From Candidatus Altimarinota bacterium (GTDB taxonomy: Bacteria; Patescibacteriota; Gracilibacteria; CAIRYL01), in assembly GCA_041739085.1 (NCBI GenBank), contig JBGSON010000004.1, forward strand, positions 2,366 to 66,365: 64,000 bases of DNA, written 5' to 3'. The translations under genes were made by a program, and so were the position numbers. Position 1 is the stretch's first letter; each line of letters begins with the position of its first letter. Positions 8,193 through 16,474 of this stretch are shown here, in pieces. Below the pieces are notes generated by a model. It saw only the letters and a program-made list of their open reading frames with translations. It did not search any database and was not told the DNA's origin.

Positions 8193-9257
8193 TTATTTCA
8201 TAAGTGAAAATTTTCTCAGGGCATCTTCGTTCGTGCAATGGACACGCGCATTATCAAAGCTCACGATTTTTTTCCGCAGGAGATTCCCGAGCGCCATATC
8301 GATGCTCTGCATCCCGATGTCTTTTCCGCTCTGGATGGAGAGGGGGATCTGGTGGATCTCTCCTTTTCTGATCTGATTCCGGACTCCGTCGGTCGCGATG
8401 AGGATTTCATGGGCGGCGACGCGTCCTCCTCCTTCTTTCTTGAGGAGAGCCTGGGCGACGATAAACTGGATGGAATCGGCGAGCATGGATCGGATCTGGT
8501 CTTTTTCTTCTGCCGGAAACACATCGATGATGCGGTTGATCGTCTTTGCCGCGCTTGAGGTGTGAAGAGTCGCAAAAACGAGCGTTCCTGTCTCCGCGGC
8601 AGTAAGGGCGAGGGAGATCGTTTCGAGATCGCGCATTTCCCCGACAAGGACGATGTCCGGATCCTGCCGCGTCACGCCCCTGAGCGCGGAAGCAAACGTT
8701 TTTGTGTGTTTCCCGACCTCGCGGTGAGTGATGATGCTTCTTACCGGCTTATGAACAAATTCGAGCGGATCTTCGATGGTGATGATATGAGCCTTTTTCT
8801 GTTTGTTGAAAAGATCGATGATCGCGGCGAGCGTTGTGGATTTCCCGCTTCCGGTAGGGCCGGTAACGAGAACAAGGCCCTTGGAGAGATTGAGGATCTT
8901 TCGGAGACTCTCCGGGAGTCCGAGTTTTTCAAAGGAGATGATCTCGCTCGGAATGATCCGGAAAACTGCGTTCACTCCCTTTGTCGTGAAAAAAGCATTG
9001 ACGCGGAACCGGGCGACTTCCGGGATCTCGATCGCATAATCGAGGTCCATGACCTCTTCAAACGATTTTTTCTGATCTTCGTGCATCGTTTGTTTCACGA
9101 GCCGCATCGCCTGTTCGTATTCCAGTACCGGATAGTGTTTCTGGGGTGTCATGGAACCGTGGACGCGGAACATCGGATGCTCCTTCGTGCTGATGTGGAT
9201 GTCAGAAGCACTCAAGCCGTTCGCTTCCCGGAGGATGGAGAAAATATCAAGATCCAT
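8193..9257 (-). CDS. pilT: PilT-family ATPase (canonical length, His-box variant)
   Basis: 354 aa. VTGPTGSGKST, TIEDPLEF, IVLVGEMRD. The His box reads ETGTLVFATLHT (first His replaced by Thr). The AIRNLIRE position reads TDGVRNQIRKGE. Confidence 0.85.
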   Translation of the reverse strand: MDLDIFSILREANGLSASDIHISTKEHPMFRVHGSMTPQKHYPVLEYEQAMRLVKQTMHEDQKKSFEEVMDLDYAIEIPEVARFRVNAFFTTKGVNAVFRIIPSEIISFEKLGLPESLRKILNLSKGLVLVTGPTGSGKSTTLAAIIDLFNKQKKAHIITIEDPLEFVHKPVRSIITHREVGKHTKTFASALRGVTRQDPDIVLVGEMRDLETISLALTAAETGTLVFATLHTSSAAKTINRIIDVFPAEEKDQIRSMLADSIQFIVAQALLKKEGGGRVAAHEILIATDGVRNQIRKGEIHQIPLSIQSGKDIGMQSIDMALGNLLRKKIVSFDNARVHCTNEDALRKFSLMK

Positions 9258-9297
9258 GTGTTTGTATTTGGAGGGAATGAACTCCCGCTTTCCGTTT

Positions 9298-9326
9298 ATT
9301 ATAAATCAAATAAACAAAAATGGCAA
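9298..9326 (-). promoter_or_regulatory. sigma70-like promoter for the pilT paralog at 8193-9257
   Basis: On the minus strand: TTGCCA, 17 nt, TATAAT. The -10 box ends about 40 nt before the ATG at 9257. Confidence 0.45.
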
Positions 9327-9333
9327 TCAGCCG

Positions 9334-10401
9334 CTATTTCTGAATGCCTGCGAATTTTCTGAGTTCATCAATGTTCCTGGCATAGATCCTCGCCGTTTCA
9401 AACGTAATGATTTTGTTCCTGATGAGTTTCCCGAGCGACTGGTCAAGGCTCTGCATGCCCATATCGGCTCCGCTCTGAATGGCGGTCGGGATCTGATGGA
9501 TGTCGCCTTTCCGGATCTGATTCCGGATCCCGTCCGTGGCGATAAGGATTTCATGCGCAACGACCCTGCCCCCACCGATCTTTTTCACGAGTTCCTGCGC
9601 GATGATGAACTGGATGGAATCAGCGAGCATGGACCGTATTTGTGACTGCTCTTCCGCCGGAAAGACATCGATGATGCGATCGATCGTCTTTGCGGCGCTT
9701 GAGGTATGGAGGGTCCCGAACACCAGCGTTCCCGTTTCCGCCGCGGTGAGGGCGAGGGATATCGTCTCGAGGTCGCGCATCTCTCCAACGAGGACGATAT
9801 CGGGATCCTGCCTCGTGACCGCCTTGAGAGCAGAAGCGAAGGTCTTCGTGTGTTTCCCGACCTGGCGGTGAGTGATGATGCTCTTCTTTGGAACATGGAC
9901 GAACTCGATCGGGTCTTCGATCGTAATGATGTGTGAGCGCTTCGTGTTGTTGATGAGGTCGATGATCGCCGCGATCGTCGTAGATTTCCCGCATCCGGTG
10001 GATCCGGTGACGAGGACGAGTCCTTTAGTCAGTTGCGTGATCTTTCGCAGGCTCTCCGGGAGTCCGAGATCAGTGAAGGAGATGATCGTGCTCGGAATGA
10101 TATGAAAGACAGCATTCGCTCCTTTTGTGGTAAAAAATGTGTTTGCCCGAAACCTTGCGGTCATCGGTATGTCGATCGCGTAATTCAGATCTTTCTCCCT
10201 CTTCAATTCCTCTTTTTGCTCTTCCGTCATCGACTGTTCGATGAGATCGACTGAAATGTCGAGAGTGAGGACAGGATACTTTTCCTGATAGACCATGTCA
10301 CCATCGATCCGGTAAGAAGGTTTTTCCCCGGTGCTGATATGAATATCAGACGCTCCGAGTCCGTGAGCTTCCCGAAGCATTTCGAAAATATCGAGGTCCA
10401 T
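9334..10401 (-). CDS. pilT: PilT-family ATPase (close paralog of 8193-9257, P-loop variant)
   Basis: Trimmed from the TTG at 10422 to ATG 10401, so that MDLDIFEMLREAHGL aligns with the neighbour's MDLDIFSILREANGL. The P-loop reads VTGSTGCGKST (Pro replaced by Ser). TIEDPIEF, IVLVGEMRD, ETGTLVFGTLHT. Confidence 0.85.
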   Translation of the reverse strand: MDLDIFEMLREAHGLGASDIHISTGEKPSYRIDGDMVYQEKYPVLTLDISVDLIEQSMTEEQKEELKREKDLNYAIDIPMTARFRANTFFTTKGANAVFHIIPSTIISFTDLGLPESLRKITQLTKGLVLVTGSTGCGKSTTIAAIIDLINNTKRSHIITIEDPIEFVHVPKKSIITHRQVGKHTKTFASALKAVTRQDPDIVLVGEMRDLETISLALTAAETGTLVFGTLHTSSAAKTIDRIIDVFPAEEQSQIRSMLADSIQFIIAQELVKKIGGGRVVAHEILIATDGIRNQIRKGDIHQIPTAIQSGADMGMQSLDQSLGKLIRNKIITFETARIYARNIDELRKFAGIQK

Positions 10402-10421
10402 GGGATTTTTTGTTTCACTCA

Positions 10422-10451
10422 ATTATACCATCAATTCCTGTTTCCTCACAA
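10422..10451 (-). promoter_or_regulatory. sigma70-like promoter for the pilT paralog at 9334-10401
   Basis: On the minus strand: TTGTGA, 18 nt, TATAAT. The -10 box ends 20 nt before ATG 10401. Confidence 0.4.
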
Positions 10452-10500
10452 TCGGGGATTCACCTATAATAGGGGCGACAGATCCATTTTTCATTATTCC

Positions 10501-11733
10501 ATGAAAACCCCAGAGCTCGCCCGCGAGAAACCCAATGAAACGAGAGAAAGCCTTCTCGGATTCTTCGATGTCCGGCGCTTTGTCCTTCGGGACCGTGTCA
10601 TCAGTGCACAGGAGAAAGGAAAAGCTCAAGGAAAAGAAAACACGGATTTGAGAAGACTCATCAGTGACACCGAAAAGAGACAATCAACTCTTCATAGGGA
10701 AACAAGAGACATGAGAGTTGCAGAACTCACCCATCTCGACAGGAATGACCTTCTCCTCTCTTCAACAAAAATCAGGGAACAGGAAGGCATGCTCTGGTTT
10801 CAGGTAACATTTCCAAGCGAGACAGCGGAAAGAGGGATCGGCCTCGGACACATCCTCCCGACGAATTATCAGTATGTCATGGTCTGGAAAAAAGGAGAGA
10901 AGGCGCCGATTTCTGGGAAAAGAAAAAACTTCAGAGACCAGCGAAGCGGGAATCGGCCCGGCTATGCGGACGAGTCCGGGAAGTATATCCCGATCATGAC
11001 CGGCGATCTTTTTCAGGCATTTGAAAATGATTTTGAGTTCCGCCATGCCCGGCTGGTGCTCATGGGTACACCAAGAACTCAAGAAAAAGTACCATCACGA
11101 GACGCTCGAACGGAGAAGAAGGAAAAAAGAGGAGGAATCCTCGATACGCTCTACAACCTCAATGGAAATGCGCTTGCAAAAGCAGTTCAAAATCTTTCGC
11201 CCGAGGACGTTTGGAAAATCCGGCATCAGTACGGCCCGAAAGGTCTTCGGAACTTCTTCATAAAGAGAGGTATTTATGACACTTGCTTTGACCAAAAAGC
11301 TATTTATGGCATGGCAGAAAAAATAGTGAAGATCCATCCCGTCACCGGGAATCAAAAATCGGATGCGGAAACGCTCACCCGCATAGCATGGCATGAATCG
11401 CAGGGGGGGCGTATTTTTGCGGTCTCTCCGACGGGAGCGCTCGGGATCGCGCAGATGGTGAAAGGGAATTATAACGGTCGCTGGAGTTTCAATCCATTCG
11501 TTCCTGAGACCGCGCTCAATCACATGGCGCTCCATCTTCAGCTCGATTATGCGTCATTCAAAAATCTTGAGAAGGCCATCTCAGCGTACAATAATGGAGA
11601 AGGAGCAGTCCGCCGCGCCGTTCAGGTGGCGAAGAAAGCAGGGAGGAATCAAGAATGGGAGCGATATCTTCCCAGGAGAGAAGGACGTGAATACCGCAGG
11701 CGGATACAGAGAGTCGATCTGGAAATCGCCTGA
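10501..11733 (+). CDS. SLT-domain (lytic transglycosylase-like) protein without a recognisable signal peptide
   Basis: Trimmed to ATG 10501. The C-terminal region has AWHESQGG (catalytic Glu-Ser), GALGIAQM and AYNNGEGAV, the three classical SLT family-1 motifs. The roughly 300-aa N-terminal part is hydrophilic with no TM or signal sequence. Confidence 0.7.
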   Translation: MKTPELAREKPNETRESLLGFFDVRRFVLRDRVISAQEKGKAQGKENTDLRRLISDTEKRQSTLHRETRDMRVAELTHLDRNDLLLSSTKIREQEGMLWFQVTFPSETAERGIGLGHILPTNYQYVMVWKKGEKAPISGKRKNFRDQRSGNRPGYADESGKYIPIMTGDLFQAFENDFEFRHARLVLMGTPRTQEKVPSRDARTEKKEKRGGILDTLYNLNGNALAKAVQNLSPEDVWKIRHQYGPKGLRNFFIKRGIYDTCFDQKAIYGMAEKIVKIHPVTGNQKSDAETLTRIAWHESQGGRIFAVSPTGALGIAQMVKGNYNGRWSFNPFVPETALNHMALHLQLDYASFKNLEKAISAYNNGEGAVRRAVQVAKKAGRNQEWERYLPRREGREYRRRIQRVDLEIA

Positions 11734-12089
11734 TATAAAAATTCTCATGAAGCGTTCGGCTTTCTGCCCTCCTCGACCGCGGAGAGGAGAGAATTCCGGA
11801 GTCTTGTCCTTTCATCATCAGAAAAAGGAGAACGGAGGAGTTTCCCAATGAGGCCCTTTCTTCCCGGAGAAAAAAGCAGCTCAATACTCTCCTTTGTCTT
11901 TTCCACATACATCCCCCGTCCGGGCGCGTTTCCCACAGGGTCATATTCCAGAGAACCGGACGGTGATTTTACGATGCGGAAAAGTCTGGATTTCGGGTTT
12001 TTTTTCCTGGTCTGAGCACAGGTCCGGAGAAGGATGGTTTTTTTCTTCATGGAGTCAGGAGGGAGCATGGCCAGTGTCCCATGAAGGGG

Positions 12090-12125
12090 AAAAAGAGAAA
12101 AGAAAAAACACAAAACACAAAAGAG
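12090..12125 (-). repeat. pyrimidine-tract CTTTTGTG-type motif (family 3) downstream of rpsA
   Basis: The minus strand reads ctcttttgtgttttgtgttttttcttttctcttttt, starting about 54 nt after the rpsA stop. Confidence 0.55.
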
Positions 12126-12178
12126 AACCCCCTCCATGGATTTCCATGAAGGAGGTTCGAGAACTGCGCATAAAAAAT

Positions 12179-13504
12179 TTATTTCTTTTTTGAGGGTTTC
12201 TTTTCCGCTGTTTTCTTCGCCTTCGCTGGTTCTTTCTCTTCTTTCTTCTTCTCTGTTTTCTTCGGAGCGGCTTTCTCTTCTTTCTTTTCCGCAGTTTTCT
12301 TGGGCTTCGCCGGTTCTTTCTCTTCTTTCTTTTTCTCCGTCTTCTTTTCCACTTTTTCCTTCACCGTCTTTGCTTCTTCGTGATCAGGTTCGGCCGCGAC
12401 TTCCTTCTTCTCCTTTTTCTCCGGAGTCGCCATCCCCTTGAAACTCAACCGGAGAGAATGGTCGTCTGTGAGGACTTCAATGATCTTCACCTCGACCTCC
12501 TGGCCTTCCTTGAAGCTTTTTTCCGGGTCCGCTTTCTCATCGATGAATTCGGAAGTGTGGACGAGCCCGTTCACTTCTTCTTCAAGAGTGACGAATACAC
12601 CGAAGTTCGTGACTTTGTTGATCATTCCTTTATGCACCGATCCGGCAGGATACGATTTGATCTTATCGAGCCACGGATCCGGCTGAAGCCGTTTGATGGA
12701 GAGAGAGATCTTCTCTCCTTCGATCCCGATGACCTGAGCCTCGACATCATCTCCGAACTTAAAGAGCTCGGTCGGGTTTTTCACATGGGACCAGGTGAGT
12801 TCTGAAATATGAACAAGTCCTTCGAGATTTCCGAATGTGACGAATGCCCCGAATTTCACCAGTCCGTTCACTTTTCCATGCATAATATCTCCGACCTTGA
12901 GGAATTCGAGCTCTTTCTGCCGGATGTCGGATCTTGCGGCCCTTTCAGAGACAACGAGCTTCCGGATTTCGGGGTCAAGGAGTATGACTTTTGTTGTGAA
13001 CTTCATCCCGACCAGTTTTTCGAGCTTCGTAAGGATCTCCTGGGCATTCGCCCCGTCGACGCGCGGGTAGTGCTCCGGAGCAAGCTGGGAGACGGGGAGA
13101 AATGCGGTCACACCGCTGATCTCTACCATGAGACCTCCCTTGTTTGCTTCTCTGGCGACCACCTCAAGCGTTCCTTCCTCTTTCTTGATCTTCTCAAAAT
13201 ACTCCCAGGCCTTGAGCTGGGACGCTTTCCGGAGAGAACAGACGACCATGCCATCACTGCCTTCATCTTCGAGGATGAAAACGGTGATCTCGTCGCCGAT
13301 CTTCGTGCCCTTCGCCGTATTGAAGGTGTCGATGAGTTCGCGTCCGGAGACAATGCCGGTCGCAACGCCACCGATATCAACAAGGATCCGGCCGCGGTCT
13401 TTTCCGATGATGCGTCCGGGAACGATGGAACCGGGTTCGATGTGAACAAATGCGGGGGACTCCTTCAAGACGTCCTCCAGCGATTGGGGAATAGTATCAT
13501 TCAT
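12179..13504 (-). CDS. rpsA: 30S ribosomal protein S1 with a Lys/Glu-rich repetitive C-terminal tail
   Basis: Trimmed to ATG 13504 (MNDTIPQSLEDVL). Repeated S1/OB motifs include GDIMHGKVNGLVKFGAFVTFGNLEGLVHISEL and GSVHKGMINKVTNFGVFVTLEEEVNGLVHTSEF. The tail carries KKTEKKKEEKEPAK(P/A)KKTAEKK twice. Confidence 0.85.
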   Translation of the reverse strand: MNDTIPQSLEDVLKESPAFVHIEPGSIVPGRIIGKDRGRILVDIGGVATGIVSGRELIDTFNTAKGTKIGDEITVFILEDEGSDGMVVCSLRKASQLKAWEYFEKIKKEEGTLEVVAREANKGGLMVEISGVTAFLPVSQLAPEHYPRVDGANAQEILTKLEKLVGMKFTTKVILLDPEIRKLVVSERAARSDIRQKELEFLKVGDIMHGKVNGLVKFGAFVTFGNLEGLVHISELTWSHVKNPTELFKFGDDVEAQVIGIEGEKISLSIKRLQPDPWLDKIKSYPAGSVHKGMINKVTNFGVFVTLEEEVNGLVHTSEFIDEKADPEKSFKEGQEVEVKIIEVLTDDHSLRLSFKGMATPEKKEKKEVAAEPDHEEAKTVKEKVEKKTEKKKEEKEPAKPKKTAEKKEEKAAPKKTEKKKEEKEPAKAKKTAEKKPSKKK

Positions 13505-13724
13505 AATGATGATGTGTGCTGCGATCAAGAGATTCAAAAGGCTCGATTCCCTTTTTTCCACCCAACGCAGCAAGGCAGAACGGAAATGAGCGAAGGAATT
13601 GTAGAAAAAATCAGAGAGGAAGGCAAGGGGAAAGAATATTGAGAAGTGACAAAGTTTGCGGCCGATGATTGTCCCCCTCCTTGAAGCTTTCTGCTTTCCC
13701 ATTTTTCCAATCTGAAGGAATTTC

Positions 13725-13754
13725 TTGCCTCTCCATTCAAAAAAAGATTAAAAT
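13725..13754 (+). promoter_or_regulatory. sigma70-like promoter for the SLH-cupredoxin gene
   Basis: TTGCCT, 18 nt, TAAAAT. The -10 box ends 24 nt before ATG 13779. Confidence 0.4.
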
Positions 13755-13778
13755 AGTCCTGTATTTTTTCCGCCTCAT

Positions 13779-14834
13779 ATGAATTCAAAAACACGGATCC
13801 TTTCTCCTCTCTTCGGAATCGTGACCTTCCTGTTCTCCCTTGTCTTCGTCTCCGCTGAATTTTCCGATATCCCCATTGCCCATGAAAACTGGGATGCGAT
13901 CGATTATGTCGAATCAGAGGGGATTGTGAACGGGTATCCGGATGGAACATTCAGACCCGATGCTCCGATCAACCGTGCGGAGTTCACAAAGATCATCATC
14001 GGGGCGGTTTATGAGGGGAGCGTCATTGATGCATGTACGACTGCGTCTTTTCCTGATGTCCCGGAGAGTGAATGGTTTGCCCCGTATGTCTGCGTCGCGG
14101 AAGCGAACGGGATCGTCGGAGGCTATCCCGACGGAACATTCCGTCCCACCGCGAGCATCAACTTCGTGGAAGCGGCAAAGATCATTGTCGCCGCCTTTGG
14201 CTATGATTCAGCAGTCACTCAAGATCCCGACGTCTGGTACAAAGGGTATGTCGATCTCATGGCGAACATGCGTGCGATCCCCATCACTCTTGACGGTTTT
14301 GAGTCGGAAGTCACCCGCGGGGAGATGGCGGAAATGATCTACCGGATCCGCGCTGAACTTTTCGACAATGATTCCCACACATACGAGAGCCTCGCCGGCC
14401 TCAGCAATCCGATCATCAGCCGCCCGAAAGGGAAACTTGGTGAGTTTTGTGGCGGGATTGCTGCATTTCAGTGCGAGGAAGGGCTCCTCTGCAATCTCGA
14501 CGGAGATTATCCCGATGCGGGAGGGGAATGCATTCAGGACCCGGAAAATCTCGAACTGGAGATCGACATCGATGCTTTTCAATATGGGTTCGATCCGGAA
14601 GAGATCGTCGTGGTGAAAGGGACGCGCCTCATCTTTCATGTTCGGAGTCTTGACGTGGAGCATGGATTTTCCATTCCTGAGTATTCCATTGATGAGATCA
14701 TTCCGGCAGGGGAAACCGTCACCATTGAATTCGTTGCAGACAAAACCGGGAGATTCACCTATTCCTGTTCCGTGTTCTGCGGGTCGGGACACGGAGACAT
14801 GGAAGGGGCATTGGTGGTTGAAGAAACCGAATAG
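13779..14834 (+). CDS. secreted SLH-domain protein with a C-terminal CuA-type cupredoxin domain
   Basis: Signal peptide or TM (ILSPLFGIVTFLFSLVFVSA). Two SLH-like repeats (FSDIPIAHENWDAIDYVESEGIVNGYPDGTFRPDAPINRAEF; FPDVPESEWFAPYVCVAEANGIVGGYPDGTFRP). A 4-Cys module (CGGIAAFQCEEGLLC...GGEC). Then LDVEHGFSIPE followed by YSCSVFCGSGHGDM, which is H...CxxxCxxxHxxM, the full CuA ligand set. Confidence 0.75.
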   Translation: MNSKTRILSPLFGIVTFLFSLVFVSAEFSDIPIAHENWDAIDYVESEGIVNGYPDGTFRPDAPINRAEFTKIIIGAVYEGSVIDACTTASFPDVPESEWFAPYVCVAEANGIVGGYPDGTFRPTASINFVEAAKIIVAAFGYDSAVTQDPDVWYKGYVDLMANMRAIPITLDGFESEVTRGEMAEMIYRIRAELFDNDSHTYESLAGLSNPIISRPKGKLGEFCGGIAAFQCEEGLLCNLDGDYPDAGGECIQDPENLELEIDIDAFQYGFDPEEIVVVKGTRLIFHVRSLDVEHGFSIPEYSIDEIIPAGETVTIEFVADKTGRFTYSCSVFCGSGHGDMEGALVVEETE

Positions 14835-15017
14835 ACAGAGAAGAAGTGCTATGAAAGAAAGGTTGAGAAAGAAGGGACAAAATTAATTCCAGGAATTCTC
14901 TGGTCAACAAATGGAACTCCTCATCAACAATATAATTTATACGGATCCAGTGATATTTTCACATGTTATGAAAAGAATCTGGTGCTTCCGGCCATTAGTC
15001 TCACTATACTCGAAGGC

Positions 15018-16433
15018 ATGAATTCCAACTCTTTCGCAGTTATCGACAGGAATCTCTCCACAGATGAGCAACGGAGGATCGAAGAGATTTACACCTACGC
15101 GAAGCGTCATATACATCCGCTCTCCAGGAAAAACGGTGAAAGTTATGAAACCCATGGATTTGAAGTCGCGGCAACTCTACGGGAAGGTTTCTCAGATCCT
15201 GCGCTTGTCGGAGTCGCACTCATGCACGGGATACTCGTCCACCCGAACGGAAATGAACTCTTAAAAAAATCACCGTTGACAGCCGAGGAGCAATCCCTTG
15301 TGAAAAAGATGAATAATCTCCGCAGTCTCCACATCGATACGAACAAAAAAGATCTCGACCGCTTCATCGATGCTTTTTTAAAAGACATACGCCTCATCCC
15401 GTTACGAATGGCGCATCGGCTGAACGACGTGCGCCACATGGACCGTTTTCATCCGACGCTTCGAAAGAAGATCGCCAATGAAACGCTTCATATGTACACG
15501 TCGATAGCCAGCAGGCTCGGACTCCATGCGTGGCGATACGAGATGGAAGATATCTGCTTCAAGATAGTGCATCCGGCGATCGCGAAGGATCTGGAAAAAA
15601 AATTCAAGGATGCGAATGAAATTGATGAAATATGCCTCTCCCATTGTAATAATTTCCTGGCGAAGAAGCTGTACGATGAAGGTCTGTCTTTCCGGATCGA
15701 AAACAGACTGAAGACTCTCTATTCGACCTACCGGAAGATGGTGCTGAAAAGAAGAAGATTTGAAGAGCTTACCGACCGGCTTGCGCTCCGGGTCATCATG
15801 GAAGACGTGAAAGACTGTTATCATGTTCTCGGCATCGTGCACCAGTATTTCCATCCCATCCCCGGGAAACTGAAGGACTATATCGGAGCGCCAAAGGAAA
15901 ACGGATATCAATCGATACACACCGTTGTTTATCCATTGCCGGGAATAACAGAACAGCCCATCGAGATCCAGATCCGCACTGAGAAAATGCATGAGAGCTG
16001 CGAGTTCGGACCGGCGGCAAAAGGGGAATATAAAAACTATACGTACAGCCTGACATCCGGGAACACCCGGGTGAATCTTCTCAGGAATTTTCAGGTGATC
16101 AGAAACAAAGGATACACGCCTTCGCAATTCGCGGAGACTTTGCGGACGTATTTTTATGAAGAGCATATCGCTGTTTTCGATATGGAAAACAATCTCTACC
16201 ATATGAAGAAACCAGCGACGGTATTGGACTATGTCGGAGAGATTTATTTAAAAAAAGTCACGAAGCTCAAAGATGTACGGATAAACGGCAGGGCCTCCTC
16301 CATAGACACGGTGCTCCGTGATGGAGATATCATCGATGTAAAATTCGGAAGGAGCCGGTCAATAAAACCGAGTTGGGCACAGGCCTGTCAGAACAAAAAA
16401 ACCATCAATTTCATCCGGACAATAACGAAGTGA
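15018..16433 (+). CDS. RelA/SpoT-family (p)ppGpp synthetase with a degenerate hydrolase domain and a TGS domain
   Basis: Synthetase motifs RLKTLYSTYRKM, LKDYIGAPKENGYQSIHTVV and IEIQIRTEKMH, with a TGS-like C-terminus. The HD-domain signature reads LMHGIL (HD replaced by HG). The start is ambiguous: GTG 14982 or ATG 15018. Confidence 0.8.
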   Translation: MNSNSFAVIDRNLSTDEQRRIEEIYTYAKRHIHPLSRKNGESYETHGFEVAATLREGFSDPALVGVALMHGILVHPNGNELLKKSPLTAEEQSLVKKMNNLRSLHIDTNKKDLDRFIDAFLKDIRLIPLRMAHRLNDVRHMDRFHPTLRKKIANETLHMYTSIASRLGLHAWRYEMEDICFKIVHPAIAKDLEKKFKDANEIDEICLSHCNNFLAKKLYDEGLSFRIENRLKTLYSTYRKMVLKRRRFEELTDRLALRVIMEDVKDCYHVLGIVHQYFHPIPGKLKDYIGAPKENGYQSIHTVVYPLPGITEQPIEIQIRTEKMHESCEFGPAAKGEYKNYTYSLTSGNTRVNLLRNFQVIRNKGYTPSQFAETLRTYFYEEHIAVFDMENNLYHMKKPATVLDYVGEIYLKKVTKLKDVRINGRASSIDTVLRDGDIIDVKFGRSRSIKPSWAQACQNKKTINFIRTITK

Positions 16434-16474
16434 TCGCGAATGCCACCATGAGGGGTAATGACGGCAGATTGGCG

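Noticed and set aside
13505-13702. N-terminal extensions offered by the ORF track. These are rpsA from 13702, thrS from 21106, gap from 57125, NMNAT from 6218, rpe from 60217, secF from 33673, purF from 41592, 39284-gene from 39946, SLT from 10339 and pilT from 10422.
   Set aside because: The extensions use alternative starts or encode hydrophobic or odd sequence that does not align with the conserved N-termini. They also overlap neighbouring genes or promoters. I used internal ATGs that restore the canonical N-termini.
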